64,000 nucleotides of DNA from an uncultured Planctomycetia bacterium (GTDB lineage Bacteria > Omnitrophota > Gorgyraeia > Tantalellales > Tantalellaceae), in assembly GCA_964409365.1 (NCBI GenBank), contig CAYPCX010000008.1, positions 265-64,264 of the forward strand, read 5' to 3'. Shown here in pieces: positions 18,814 through 27,000 of the stretch (position 1 is the stretch's first letter; each line of letters opens with the position of its first letter). Made by a program: the position numbers and the translations under genes. The notes below the pieces were generated by a model, which was not told where the DNA came from, did no database searches, and saw only the letters and a program-made list of their open reading frames with translations.

Positions 18814-21513
18814 TCATCCCTTTCTTGCGATCACGTCTTTCGCCTGTTGAATGGCCTTCTCAAGGCCCCGGGGGTTCTTTCCTCCGGCCTGGGCGAACGT
18901 CTCTTTTCCGCCCCCGCCGCCTCCGATGTTGCCGGCGATGCCGTTCAGTATCTCCCGGGCGTCCAGCCCCTTATCCACCAGATCCGCCGTAACGGCACAA
19001 ATGAGGAACGCTTTGTCCCCGCTCGTCCCGCCGAGCAGTATGACGCCGGAATCCACCTTTTTCTCGAGATAGGCCGCGGCCCTGCGCAAGAGCTGCATAT
19101 CCATACCTTCCAGTACGCGGGCGACGAGTTTGACTCCCCCCGCCGTCTCCGGCTCGGCAAGGACCTTATCGAGTCCTGCCTTGACCTCGTCAAAAGCGCC
19201 GGCCGCCCGTTCTTTCTGTTCTTTTTTAGCGGCCTTCTGCAGCCTTTCGCATTCGTTCCGAAGCGCAGGTTTTATTTTCTCGTCAAAATCGCGTATCGCG
19301 CCGCTGTCCATTTTTCTGTCGCCGGACAGGATGTCACCGATAAGTTTTTGGACATCCTCGCTTATGCCGGGGCCGGCATCCCCGGCCAGGTGCCTGCACT
19401 CAGCTATTTTTTCATCAAGCGTTTTCCGCAACCACCCGACGGCGTTATCCCCGGTAAGGGCCTCTATGCGCCTTATGCCGCTGGCAACGGAACTTTCGGC
19501 CACTATCTTCATGATCTTTATCTCGCCGGTATTATCCACGTGCGTGCCGCCGCAAAGTTCTTTCGATTCATCTCCTACGCTTACTACACGCACCGTGTCG
19601 CCGTATTTCTCGCCGAAGAATGAAAGCGCCCCCTCTTCCCTGGCCTCTTCTATTCTTTTTACTTCCTTGCAAACAGGGATACTTTCTTCTATCCAGCCGT
19701 TCACCAGGTCCTCGACCTTCCTCAGTTCCCTGTCGGACAGCTTCTTCATGTGAGTAAAGTCGAAGCGGAGATGTTTTTCATCGACCAAAGACCCCGATTG
19801 CTTCACGTGGTCGCCCAGAACCCGCCTTAGGGCCGCCTGGAGAAGATGCGTAGCCGTGTGGTTCAATGCTGTCTTTTGCTTTTTATCCGCATCCAGACTG
19901 AGCACTACTTCGTCGCCCCTGGCGAGAGTGCCTTTCTTTATAAAGGCCACCAACACTTTGCGCCCGCCCGCATCAAAGGTGTTCAAGACCCTCGCTTCAA
20001 CGCCCTCTTTTTCTATATGGCCGGTATCGCCTACCTGCCCGCCGGCCTCGGCGTAGAACCTCGTGCTCTGGGGAGAGGTCACGATCTCGGCCCTTTGCCC
20101 TTTTTCCGCCTTCTCGGCGGGGTCGTCCCCTATAAGTATGAATTCCACTTTCGTTTTGAGCGGAAGTTCGTCCGATCCGGGAGGCACGGGCACGCCGGAA
20201 AACTTATCGGGCTTGAATATGAAATCCTCGACCAGATCGCTTCCCCTGCGGGACTGCTCTTTCCTTTCTTCCATAAAGCGTTCAAACCCCTCCAGGTCCA
20301 GGGGCACATCCGCTTCTTCCTCTATTACATCAACAGGCAGACCGTACGTATCCACCAGCTTGAAGATCTCCTCCCCCTTGAGCACCTTCGGCCTCTTCGT
20401 GAGCATCTCGTTCAGTATAGGCAGCGCCGCCTCGAGCGTGTCATTGAACCTTCTTTCCTCTTCCTCGACGATAGCGCTGATATGTTCTCTTTTCTCTTCC
20501 AGTTCGGGATACGCGTCCTTCATCGCCCTTACCACGGCCGGGACGATGTTGTACAGGAACGCCCCCTTTCTTCCGCTTTTCAGGTAGGCGCGCCGTATCA
20601 GTTTTCTCACCACGTAGCCGCGCTTCTCGTTGGACGGGGAAACACCGTCCGCGACAGCGAACGTTACCGCCCTTATGTGGTCGGCTATGAGGTGCAGATC
20701 TTCCCGGGACGCCTCCTTCTTGCCAATGTGCTTTTTTATCTCGCCGATCATCGGGGCAAAAAGATCCGTATCAAAGTTGGTACGCACTCCCTGCATTACC
20801 GACGCCATGCGCTCAAGGCCCATTCCGGTATCGATATTCTTGCTCGGGAGCGGGTCGAGCGAGCCGTCGGGCTTTCTCTCGAACTGCGTGAACACGAGGT
20901 TCCACACCTCGACGAACCTGCCGCAATCGCACGCGGGTCCGCATTCCTTCTTACCGCACCCGGCATCTTCTCCCCAGTCATAGAATATCTCCGAGCACGG
21001 GCCGCAGGGGCCGTTCGGGCCCTGTGTCGGCGCGTCCGCCGGCCAGAAATTATCGTGTTCCCCGAGCTTGACTATTTTTTCCGCGGGCACGCCTACATCG
21101 TTAAGCCATATCCCGTAAGCTTCGTCATCGCCTTCATAAACAGACACCCACAGGCGCTTTTCCGGGAGGCCCATCACCTTTGTCATGAACTCCCAGCCCC
21201 AGCTTATAGCTTCCTTCTTAAAATAGTCCCCGAAGGAAAAGTTGCCCAGCATCTCGAAAAAGGTATGGTGCCTGGGCGTCTTTCCCACGTTCTCCAGGTC
21301 ACCGGTGCGCAGGCATTTCTGGCAGGAAGCGGCCCTCGTGAAAGTTATGTTCCTGCCCATGAACTGTTCCTTGAACTGGTTCATGCCCGCCCCGGTGAAA
21401 AGAAGCGTGGGGTCGTCCCTCGGGACAAGAAGATCGCTGGGCACTACCGTATGGCCCTTGTCCCTGAAGAATTCAAGGTATTTCCGCCTTATCTCTCCCG
21501 CTGTCATCCCCAT
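18814..21513 (-). CDS. alaS: Alanine--tRNA ligase
   Basis: The 899-aa ORF has a class-II aaRS N-terminus (FFRDKGHTVVPSDLLVPRDDPTLLFTGAGMNQFK), the editing-domain HxxxH/CGGTH motifs (HTATHLL...CGGTHV) and a Gly-rich C-terminal DHHA1-like tail. Confidence 0.95.
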   Translation of the reverse strand: MGMTAGEIRRKYLEFFRDKGHTVVPSDLLVPRDDPTLLFTGAGMNQFKEQFMGRNITFTRAASCQKCLRTGDLENVGKTPRHHTFFEMLGNFSFGDYFKKEAISWGWEFMTKVMGLPEKRLWVSVYEGDDEAYGIWLNDVGVPAEKIVKLGEHDNFWPADAPTQGPNGPCGPCSEIFYDWGEDAGCGKKECGPACDCGRFVEVWNLVFTQFERKPDGSLDPLPSKNIDTGMGLERMASVMQGVRTNFDTDLFAPMIGEIKKHIGKKEASREDLHLIADHIRAVTFAVADGVSPSNEKRGYVVRKLIRRAYLKSGRKGAFLYNIVPAVVRAMKDAYPELEEKREHISAIVEEEERRFNDTLEAALPILNEMLTKRPKVLKGEEIFKLVDTYGLPVDVIEEEADVPLDLEGFERFMEERKEQSRRGSDLVEDFIFKPDKFSGVPVPPGSDELPLKTKVEFILIGDDPAEKAEKGQRAEIVTSPQSTRFYAEAGGQVGDTGHIEKEGVEARVLNTFDAGGRKVLVAFIKKGTLARGDEVVLSLDADKKQKTALNHTATHLLQAALRRVLGDHVKQSGSLVDEKHLRFDFTHMKKLSDRELRKVEDLVNGWIEESIPVCKEVKRIEEAREEGALSFFGEKYGDTVRVVSVGDESKELCGGTHVDNTGEIKIMKIVAESSVASGIRRIEALTGDNAVGWLRKTLDEKIAECRHLAGDAGPGISEDVQKLIGDILSGDRKMDSGAIRDFDEKIKPALRNECERLQKAAKKEQKERAAGAFDEVKAGLDKVLAEPETAGGVKLVARVLEGMDMQLLRRAAAYLEKKVDSGVILLGGTSGDKAFLICAVTADLVDKGLDAREILNGIAGNIGGGGGGKETFAQAGGKNPRGLEKAIQQAKDVIARKG

Positions 21514-21540
21514 ATCATCGATCGCTGCTCGCTTGGGGCG

Positions 21541-22581
21541 TCAGCCCGCGGCAGTGAGGACCTTTCTGACGTCTTTTTCTATCCTGTCCAGGAGTTTCGG
21601 GTTCTCTTTAAGGTATATCCGGGCGTTCTCCTTCCCCTGGCCTATCTTCTCATCGCCGTACGAAAGCCACGTTCCCGTCTTCGTGATCACGCCCACTTCT
21701 TCCCCGATATCTATGACGCTCGATGAACGGGATATGCCTTCGTCGAACATGATATCGAACTCCGCCTGCTTGAACGGCGGGGCGAGCTTGTTCTTCACGA
21801 CCTTGCCCCTGACGCGGCTTCCCATTACCTGGTCGCCTTTCTTGAGAGAAGCTATCCTCCTCAGGTCTATCCTGACCGACGCGTAGAACTTAAGCGCCCT
21901 GCCGCCGGTGGTCGTCTCGGGGTTCCCGAACATCACGCCTATCTTCATCCTGATCTGGTTGATAAAGATGACGCAAGTTCTTGACTTGCTTATGGCCCCG
22001 GTCAGTTTCCTGAGAGCCTGGCTCATGAGCCGGGCCTGGAGGCCGACGTGCGAATCGCCCATATCTCCCTCTATCTCTTTCCTCGGCGTAAGGGCGGCCA
22101 CCGAGTCGATGACTATCACGTCCACGGCGTTACTGCGTACCAGCGTCTCCGCGATCTCCAGCGCCTGTTCGCCGTTGTCCGGCTGCGAGACCAGGAGCTC
22201 ATCGAGATTTACGCCTATCTTTTTCGCGTAGGTCGGGTCGAACGCGTGCTCGGCGTCGATAAAAGCCGCTACCCCTCCCTTTTTCTGCGCGTTGGCCAGG
22301 ACGTTCAGCGTGAGCGTGGTCTTCCCGCTGGATTCAGGGCCGAATATCTCGACCACCCTGCCCCTGGGGACGCCGCCGACGCCGAGCGCCATGTCCAGGG
22401 CGATAGACCCGGTGGATATGCCTTCCACCTGGGCGTGGTACCCCTTTCCCATCTTCATTATCGCGCCGTCGCCGAAGTCTTTCTGTATCTTGCTGAGCGC
22501 CAGTTCGAGCGATTTGTCTTTCCCGGCGCCTTTTGACACCGCCTTTTCGTTCTCAGATCTTGTTTTCGCTTTCTTTGCCAT
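21541..22581 (-). CDS. recA: Recombinase RecA
   Basis: MAKKAKT...[28 protein letters not shown] (Walker A)...[12 protein letters not shown]. The start was set at ATG 22581, preceded by GGAGGT 6 nt upstream. The raw ORF extends 14 codons further. Confidence 0.95.
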   Translation of the reverse strand: MAKKAKTRSENEKAVSKGAGKDKSLELALSKIQKDFGDGAIMKMGKGYHAQVEGISTGSIALDMALGVGGVPRGRVVEIFGPESSGKTTLTLNVLANAQKKGGVAAFIDAEHAFDPTYAKKIGVNLDELLVSQPDNGEQALEIAETLVRSNAVDVIVIDSVAALTPRKEIEGDMGDSHVGLQARLMSQALRKLTGAISKSRTCVIFINQIRMKIGVMFGNPETTTGGRALKFYASVRIDLRRIASLKKGDQVMGSRVRGKVVKNKLAPPFKQAEFDIMFDEGISRSSSVIDIGEEVGVITKTGTWLSYGDEKIGQGKENARIYLKENPKLLDRIEKDVRKVLTAAG

Positions 22582-22650
22582 GGTGACCTCCGGATATTTA
22601 TTTAGGATGGATACAATTAGCACCTAAAACATTTCTATATAAACAGCACT

Positions 22651-22678
22651 ATTATAATAGCAGTTCGGTTTTTGTAAA
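22651..22678 (-). promoter_or_regulatory. Sigma70-like promoter for recA: -35 TTTACA, 16-bp spacer, -10 TATAAT (minus strand). The -10 is embedded in the palindrome CTATTATAATAG.
   Basis: Minus strand ...cctTTACAaaaaccgaactgctatTATAATagtgc... about 70 nt upstream of the recA ATG. The -10 is a 6/6 match and the -35 a 5/6 match. Confidence 0.5.
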
Positions 22679-22740
22679 GGCATTTCTTACGAGTATAGAA
22701 AATCAAGTGTCAAGCAACAAGTATCAGGTAACCGGTTTCC

Positions 22741-22830
22741 AGACAACTCTGGTCACTGGTTACTGGTTCCTCAATACTCCACCCTCGATACTCCTCCCTT
22801 GATACTCTACACTCAATACTCGATACTCTA
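22741..22830 (-). repeat. Repeat cluster upstream of the recA promoter: heptamers CTGGTCA-CTGGTTA-CTGGTTC then five copies of [CT][AG]ATACTC at 7/14-bp spacing
   Basis: Plus strand ggtcactggttactggttcctcaatactccaccctcgatactcctcccttgatactctacactcaatactcgatactc. Confidence 0.75.
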
Positions 22831-22882
22831 CTATTAGACACATTTTGGGGAAGGATTCTTTCAGGTTTTTTTCCGGGACGGC

Positions 22883-23455
22883 CTATCCGGAAAGCTCTGC
22901 CGTGGATAGATACGTGTAGACAGCGCCTTTCGGTGAAAGGTCGGACCTGAAAAGCACTATCCTGGATATATGGCTGACCGCGGGCCTGACGTCCACGGAC
23001 CCGGCCAGTTCCCGGAGCTTGCCCTTGTTCTTTGAAGTCCTTATCCTGCCCAGCGTGAGATGGGCGCTGAAGGGGCGGTCTTCTTTTTCGAACCCTTCTT
23101 CGGCCATAGCTTCTTCCACCTGCGCAGCAAGGTCCCCGACCGTATCGGCGCCTTTACCCGCACCTACCCATAAGACCTTGGCATAGCTCCACTTGGGGAA
23201 TACCCCGATACCGTCGAGCGCCATGTCGAAAGGCGGCACCGCGAACGCTATTTCCTTCAACCTTTCGGTTATGCGGGGGATCTGCTCTTCGGTAATATTA
23301 CCGAGGAACTTGAGGGTAAGATGTATCGACCCGGGCTTGACCCATTTGACGTCGGCGCCCGCTTCTTTCAGTATCGCTTCTATACGCTCAAGCTCTTCCA
23401 GGACTTCATCCGAAAGCTCAAGCGCTATAAAACTCCGTATCTTCTGGTCAGACAT
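22883..23455 (-). CDS. thpR: RNA 2',3'-cyclic phosphodiesterase (2'-5' RNA ligase LigT/ThpR, 2H phosphoesterase)
   Basis: Two H-x-T-x motifs (HLTLKFLG and HLTLGRI) with the expected spacing. The start was chosen at ATG 23455 (MSDQKIRSFIALEL). The ORF track starts 5 codons upstream at a TTG. Confidence 0.8.
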   Translation of the reverse strand: MSDQKIRSFIALELSDEVLEELERIEAILKEAGADVKWVKPGSIHLTLKFLGNITEEQIPRITERLKEIAFAVPPFDMALDGIGVFPKWSYAKVLWVGAGKGADTVGDLAAQVEEAMAEEGFEKEDRPFSAHLTLGRIRTSKNKGKLRELAGSVDVRPAVSHISRIVLFRSDLSPKGAVYTYLSTAELSG

Positions 23456-23477
23456 TTTCCGCCTTTTCAACCCCCAA

Positions 23478-23523
23478 CCTTATTTACACACCCGATGTAT
23501 ACACATCGGGTGTGTAAATAAGG
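23478..23523. repeat. Perfect 46-bp palindrome (21-bp arms, 4-nt centre): CCTTATTTACACACCCGATGT-atac-ACATCGGGTGTGTAAATAAGG
   Basis: Verified base by base. It sits 4 nt downstream of the CinA-like stop and about 20 nt upstream of the thpR start. No U-tract follows on the minus strand, so it is not a canonical intrinsic terminator. Confidence 0.9.
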
Positions 23524-23527
23524 TCCG

Positions 23528-23989
23528 CTATGCGTTGTCTTCCATAAGTTTCAGAACCGCTTCCGCGAACTTTTCTTTCAGAGTACGGCGGTCGCCTTTG
23601 AACAGGACCTTCCTGGTCCTGCACTTTTTCTTTGAACAAAACGCTATATACGCCAGGCCGACGGGTTTATTTTTGGTCCCCCCTGTCGGGCCGGCTATGC
23701 CCGTTATCGAGGCCGCGAGATCGGCGGAGAAGACCCACTTCGCACCTTCCGCCATCGCTTTGGCTACCTCCCGGCTGACCGCGCCGTATTTCTTAATAGT
23801 ACCGGGCGGAACGCCCAGCTCGGATATCTTCGCCTCGTTGGAGTAGGCTATTATCCCGCCGGCGAAATAACCGGAACTGCCCGGGACATCGGTGACACGG
23901 TCTGAAACAAGGCCTCCCGTGCAGGATTCCGCCAAAGCCAGGGTCTTCTTCTTGCGTCTCAGGATAGTCCCTATTCTTTCCTCGATCAT
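23528..23989 (-). CDS. pncC: CinA C-terminal domain protein / PncC-like nicotinamide-nucleotide amidohydrolase
   Basis: MIEERIGTILRRKKKTLALAESCTGGLVSDRVTDVPGSSGYFAGGIIAYSNEAK...SITGIAGPTGG, the CinA_C signature. The start was placed at ATG 23989. The longer ORF to 24094 would overlap the 3' end of the giant gene and was rejected. Confidence 0.75.
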   Translation of the reverse strand: MIEERIGTILRRKKKTLALAESCTGGLVSDRVTDVPGSSGYFAGGIIAYSNEAKISELGVPPGTIKKYGAVSREVAKAMAEGAKWVFSADLAASITGIAGPTGGTKNKPVGLAYIAFCSKKKCRTRKVLFKGDRRTLKEKFAEAVLKLMEDNA

Positions 23990-23996
23990 GAAAGGT

Positions 23997-24025
23997 ATTA
24001 TAGCGTAAAAAATAGAGGTTTTGAA
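23997..24025 (-). promoter_or_regulatory. Sigma70-like promoter for the CinA-C/PncC-like gene: -35 TTCAAA, 17-bp spacer, -10 TATAAT, with the -10 ending 7 nt before the ATG (leaderless-type arrangement)
   Basis: Minus strand TTCAAAacctctattttttacgcTATAATacctttcATG. The element lies in the 49-nt gap between the giant ORF stop and the CinA-like start. Confidence 0.45.
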
Positions 24026-24038
24026 GTATCTTGTAAGA

Positions 24039-27000
24039 TTACGCGCAGGCATGTATGCGTCTTTCAACATCCGCGTACACGCTGAAAGGTTCATCGACCG
24101 GAAGCACCCTGGCCCCGGGGAGAAGCTCGATAACGATAGTGGTCCTGCACTTCCCTTTGTCGTCCCAGCAAAGCTCCGCTACGTCCCTGTATTTATCAAC
24201 GTTGTCTATCAACGCGTAACGGTTCCTGAGTTTCATCCGCATTCTTTCCTTGCCGTATTCTCCCGTCCTGGCAAGCGCCTGAGTGGTGGCAAACCGGATG
24301 ATCTTGAGCAGCGGATAATAATACTTCTCTGCCGTGAACCCGTCTTTTTCCTTTATCACCGCGATGGTCGAGGCGCCTTCGAACCCGCTGAAAAATTCAC
24401 GTTTATTGTCCTCGTTCGTGATCAATATGATGTTTTCCATGTCCACGCTGCCGTCCCCGTTCTTTATGTTGCCCTCAAGGTTGCCGCAAATATCCCCGGC
24501 ATCCCCGTAACAGATCTCCACGCCTTTCACTTCCTCCGCGCGTCTCTTGAGGGCGCGCATTATCTTTTCCATCTTTCTCCTGGCCTTCCCGGTAAAGAGG
24601 CCCATATCGACGGCAAGGACGACTTTCTTTAGCTTTTCTTCGCTTTCCGTTTGCTCTGCTCCTCTTGCGCCTTCATTCGCGCGGTAACCAAGGATCCTCA
24701 AGTAGTTGAAAAGTTCGGGGACGGTCCACTCCACGCTGCCCGTGACCCTTTCCTCCGGCAACCGTTCCAGCCTTGTCTCGACCGCCGGCAGAACGGCGGT
24801 ATCGGCAGCTGCCGCCTTATCCGGAGCCGAAGGACCGGCAGGACAGGCCTTGATCCCTTTCTTGTAATGATAAAATATCTCGACCTTTTCCCTGAGTATG
24901 CCCTTGATATCTTCTTCCGTCCACCCGTTCCTTTCCGCGTCTGCCGCCATGCCGCATAATGAAATGTAATAATATACGGAATGAGATGTGCTTTCCGTCA
25001 TTATCCTGTTATTGTCCACGTACATCTTCAGCCTTCGATTGTCCCCATGACACAAAACATCCCTTGTAAGGACATAATCCCTATAGACGCATTCCACTTC
25101 ATCATCCAGCTCTTCAGGTTCCTCTTTGAACTCGTCTGAATGGCTGATCTCGTGATTCAATCTTTCGCACAACGGCCATAAGAAGGAATACTTTGGAAAT
25201 ACCATTGCCCTGTCCAGTCCGTCAAGGAGCCTTCTCGGCTCCATCAGTGTATTGAAGTACAAAGGAACGCCTTTTTTTAACGCAATATTACTGAACGATG
25301 CCCTTTCCATGGACAAGTCTTCTTCGCTACAAAGATTATCATAAGAGAGCACCGTTGCCGATATAAAGCCTGCATTAAAAACAAGTATATTCGGATCGTT
25401 TTCCTCCTTGCCTTCGTATAAACAGGCATCCTGCGGAAGGTTCTCAGCGACCCTTATCACCAGGCCGTTATGCCTCTCCAGGCCATGATCCAATGCCAAT
25501 GCTAATCCAGGCGAGTACCCTTGGGTGAACAGTGCCAGCAGATCCAGGGATTCAGCTATACCAAATCTCAGAAGCCCTGCCATTTCTCCGGCACCGCCCC
25601 TAATCTTCAGGAACGCGGAATAACCCTCAACATAAAACCTCTCTTTCTCGGCATCGTTATAATCGAGATACACACCGTCAAACATGGGCAGCATCTTGAG
25701 GTCTTTATAAGGTTTAGTCCTTTCCGATCGCATGAAGTTGAACCCTTTGGCTCCGGGGATCTCCCCTGCCTCAGGTGTATCCTCCGGGGCCTTTTCCGCC
25801 CCAGCTTCGGGCTGGTCGGAGACCACCGCGAGAACTTTATCAACGACCTCACATGCTTCCTGCCACGAGGCTTCCTTGAACTGACAAAAAATCGCTTTAG
25901 ACTTATCAATAGCCTCCACCTTTTCGGGCTTTTCTATCTTAAGCTGCTCAATGCTGCTGGTCATGTTGATATAGAATTGCCTATTGTCTTCCTCTTCTCC
26001 ATATTGCGGCCAGGCTATCCATGTCCACCACTCCCGCCAAAATCCTGTCCCTTCTTCGATCACAGGTATATAAGCATGATGCTCCTTAAAAGATGTGGTT
26101 AAGAATTCGCGAAAACTGAACTTTTCCACACTTGTTTCTTGCAATTTCTGTCCGGGAGCTTTAACTTGAACGATTGCTTCATACTTTTTCTCGGGATCTT
26201 CGACAAGTGTTCTGTAAATCTCCTTAAATGGTTTCACTTCATCCTGGAGCTTTTCCTCCCCGTTTTCTACTTTTACATAAGAATTTATTTTTTTGTGAAA
26301 ACACTCATGGGCGATATACCTTTTCAAAAACTCTGTATCCCCTTTTTTAAGACCGCTATAGAACAATAAGACATTCCCGACCGTATGGTATACACGGTTC
26401 ATCTCTGCTATCGCCTCCGCTTCCGGCATCTCATCAAGCTGACTGTATAAAGACGGATCTTGTGCCCTCAGATTCGCAAGTAACCTTTTATACGAATCAG
26501 ACCCGAGTTCTATATCATGCTCATTGACGGTGCCGGCCATAGCTTTAAGAGGATGCCCTGCTGCTCTCATTATGCTGTCAGGAACAATATACATCCCATC
26601 CGCAACCTCTATCCCAAAAGGACCTGACGGGCAAGTCGGAACTTTTGTCATGCCGCTTTCTGTGTCCGGGGTAACCTTCTTTTTTGCCGGTTTTTCATAC
26701 GCCGCCATGAAAGAAGTTTCTATCCCGGAGACCGTTTGCGGGAGTTCCACCCTTTCCAGGCCTTCAAATTCTTCAGTGCCGTCGCTTCCGATCAGCACGA
26801 ACTTGCTGCCTTCTTTGAGCTCTGAAAGCTTGGCCTTCAGCTTTTCTCTGGCCTCTCCGCTGCCATCCCCTGCCTTGAACGAACGCCAGTCCACGCATAT
26901 CAGGTCGTAATAACCGAATTCTTCGTCCAGGAACTCACCTTCCGCAAAGGCCACATTCCCGAGACCGATCGTCTTGCCGAGACCGGCAATACACCTTTTC

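Noticed and set aside
19846-21726. 626-aa plus-strand ORF, with similar long plus-strand ORFs at 1221..2261, 9898..11124, 11202..12089, 13325..14275, 14730..15638, 15568..16353, 17019..17744, 17775..18992 and 18538..19623
   Set aside because: All lie antisense to strongly supported minus-strand genes (alaS, lepA, trpC/trpD, trpD/trpG, trpE/hisI, hisF/hisA, hisA/hisH, hisB, hisD). Their translations are low-complexity, Arg/Pro/Gly-rich and typical of GC-rich antisense frames. No recognisable motifs were found.
4482-22830. Heptamer repeat tracts considered as a possible CRISPR array or minisatellite
   Set aside because: Units are only 7 nt with no spacers and at most 7 copies per site. They are scattered across many intergenic gaps and no cas genes are present. 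They are reported as an unexplained repeat class instead.
22624-22882. Searched the 259-nt recA-thpR spacer, and other spacers, for tRNA or small RNA genes
   Set aside because: No cloverleaf-compatible acceptor/T-arm pairing or GTTCRA T-loop was found. The spacer is better explained as the recA promoter plus the repeat array.
22862-22895. T-tract followed by hairpin TTTCCGG-N10-CCGGAAA on the plus strand, looking like an intrinsic terminator
   Set aside because: The orientation fits a plus-strand transcript, but no plus-strand genes exist here. On the coding (minus) strand the hairpin is followed by an A-tract, not a U-tract. The stem is only 7 bp and it spans the thpR stop codon.
23528-24094. 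Longer version of the CinA-like ORF starting at 24094 (MNLSACTRML...)
   Set aside because: It would overlap the last 56 nt of the giant ORF. The conserved CinA_C domain begins at MIEERIG (ATG 23989), and a TATAAT -10 lies just upstream of that ATG.
24021-24632. 203-aa plus-strand ORF, plus dozens of 60-250-aa plus-strand ORFs between 24.6 and 63.9 kb
   Set aside because: They are shadow ORFs inside the 39.9-kb minus-strand giant ORF. Several merely mirror its internal repeats (for example the duplicated SNPGFPGTSSAFS peptides opposite the HTH array).
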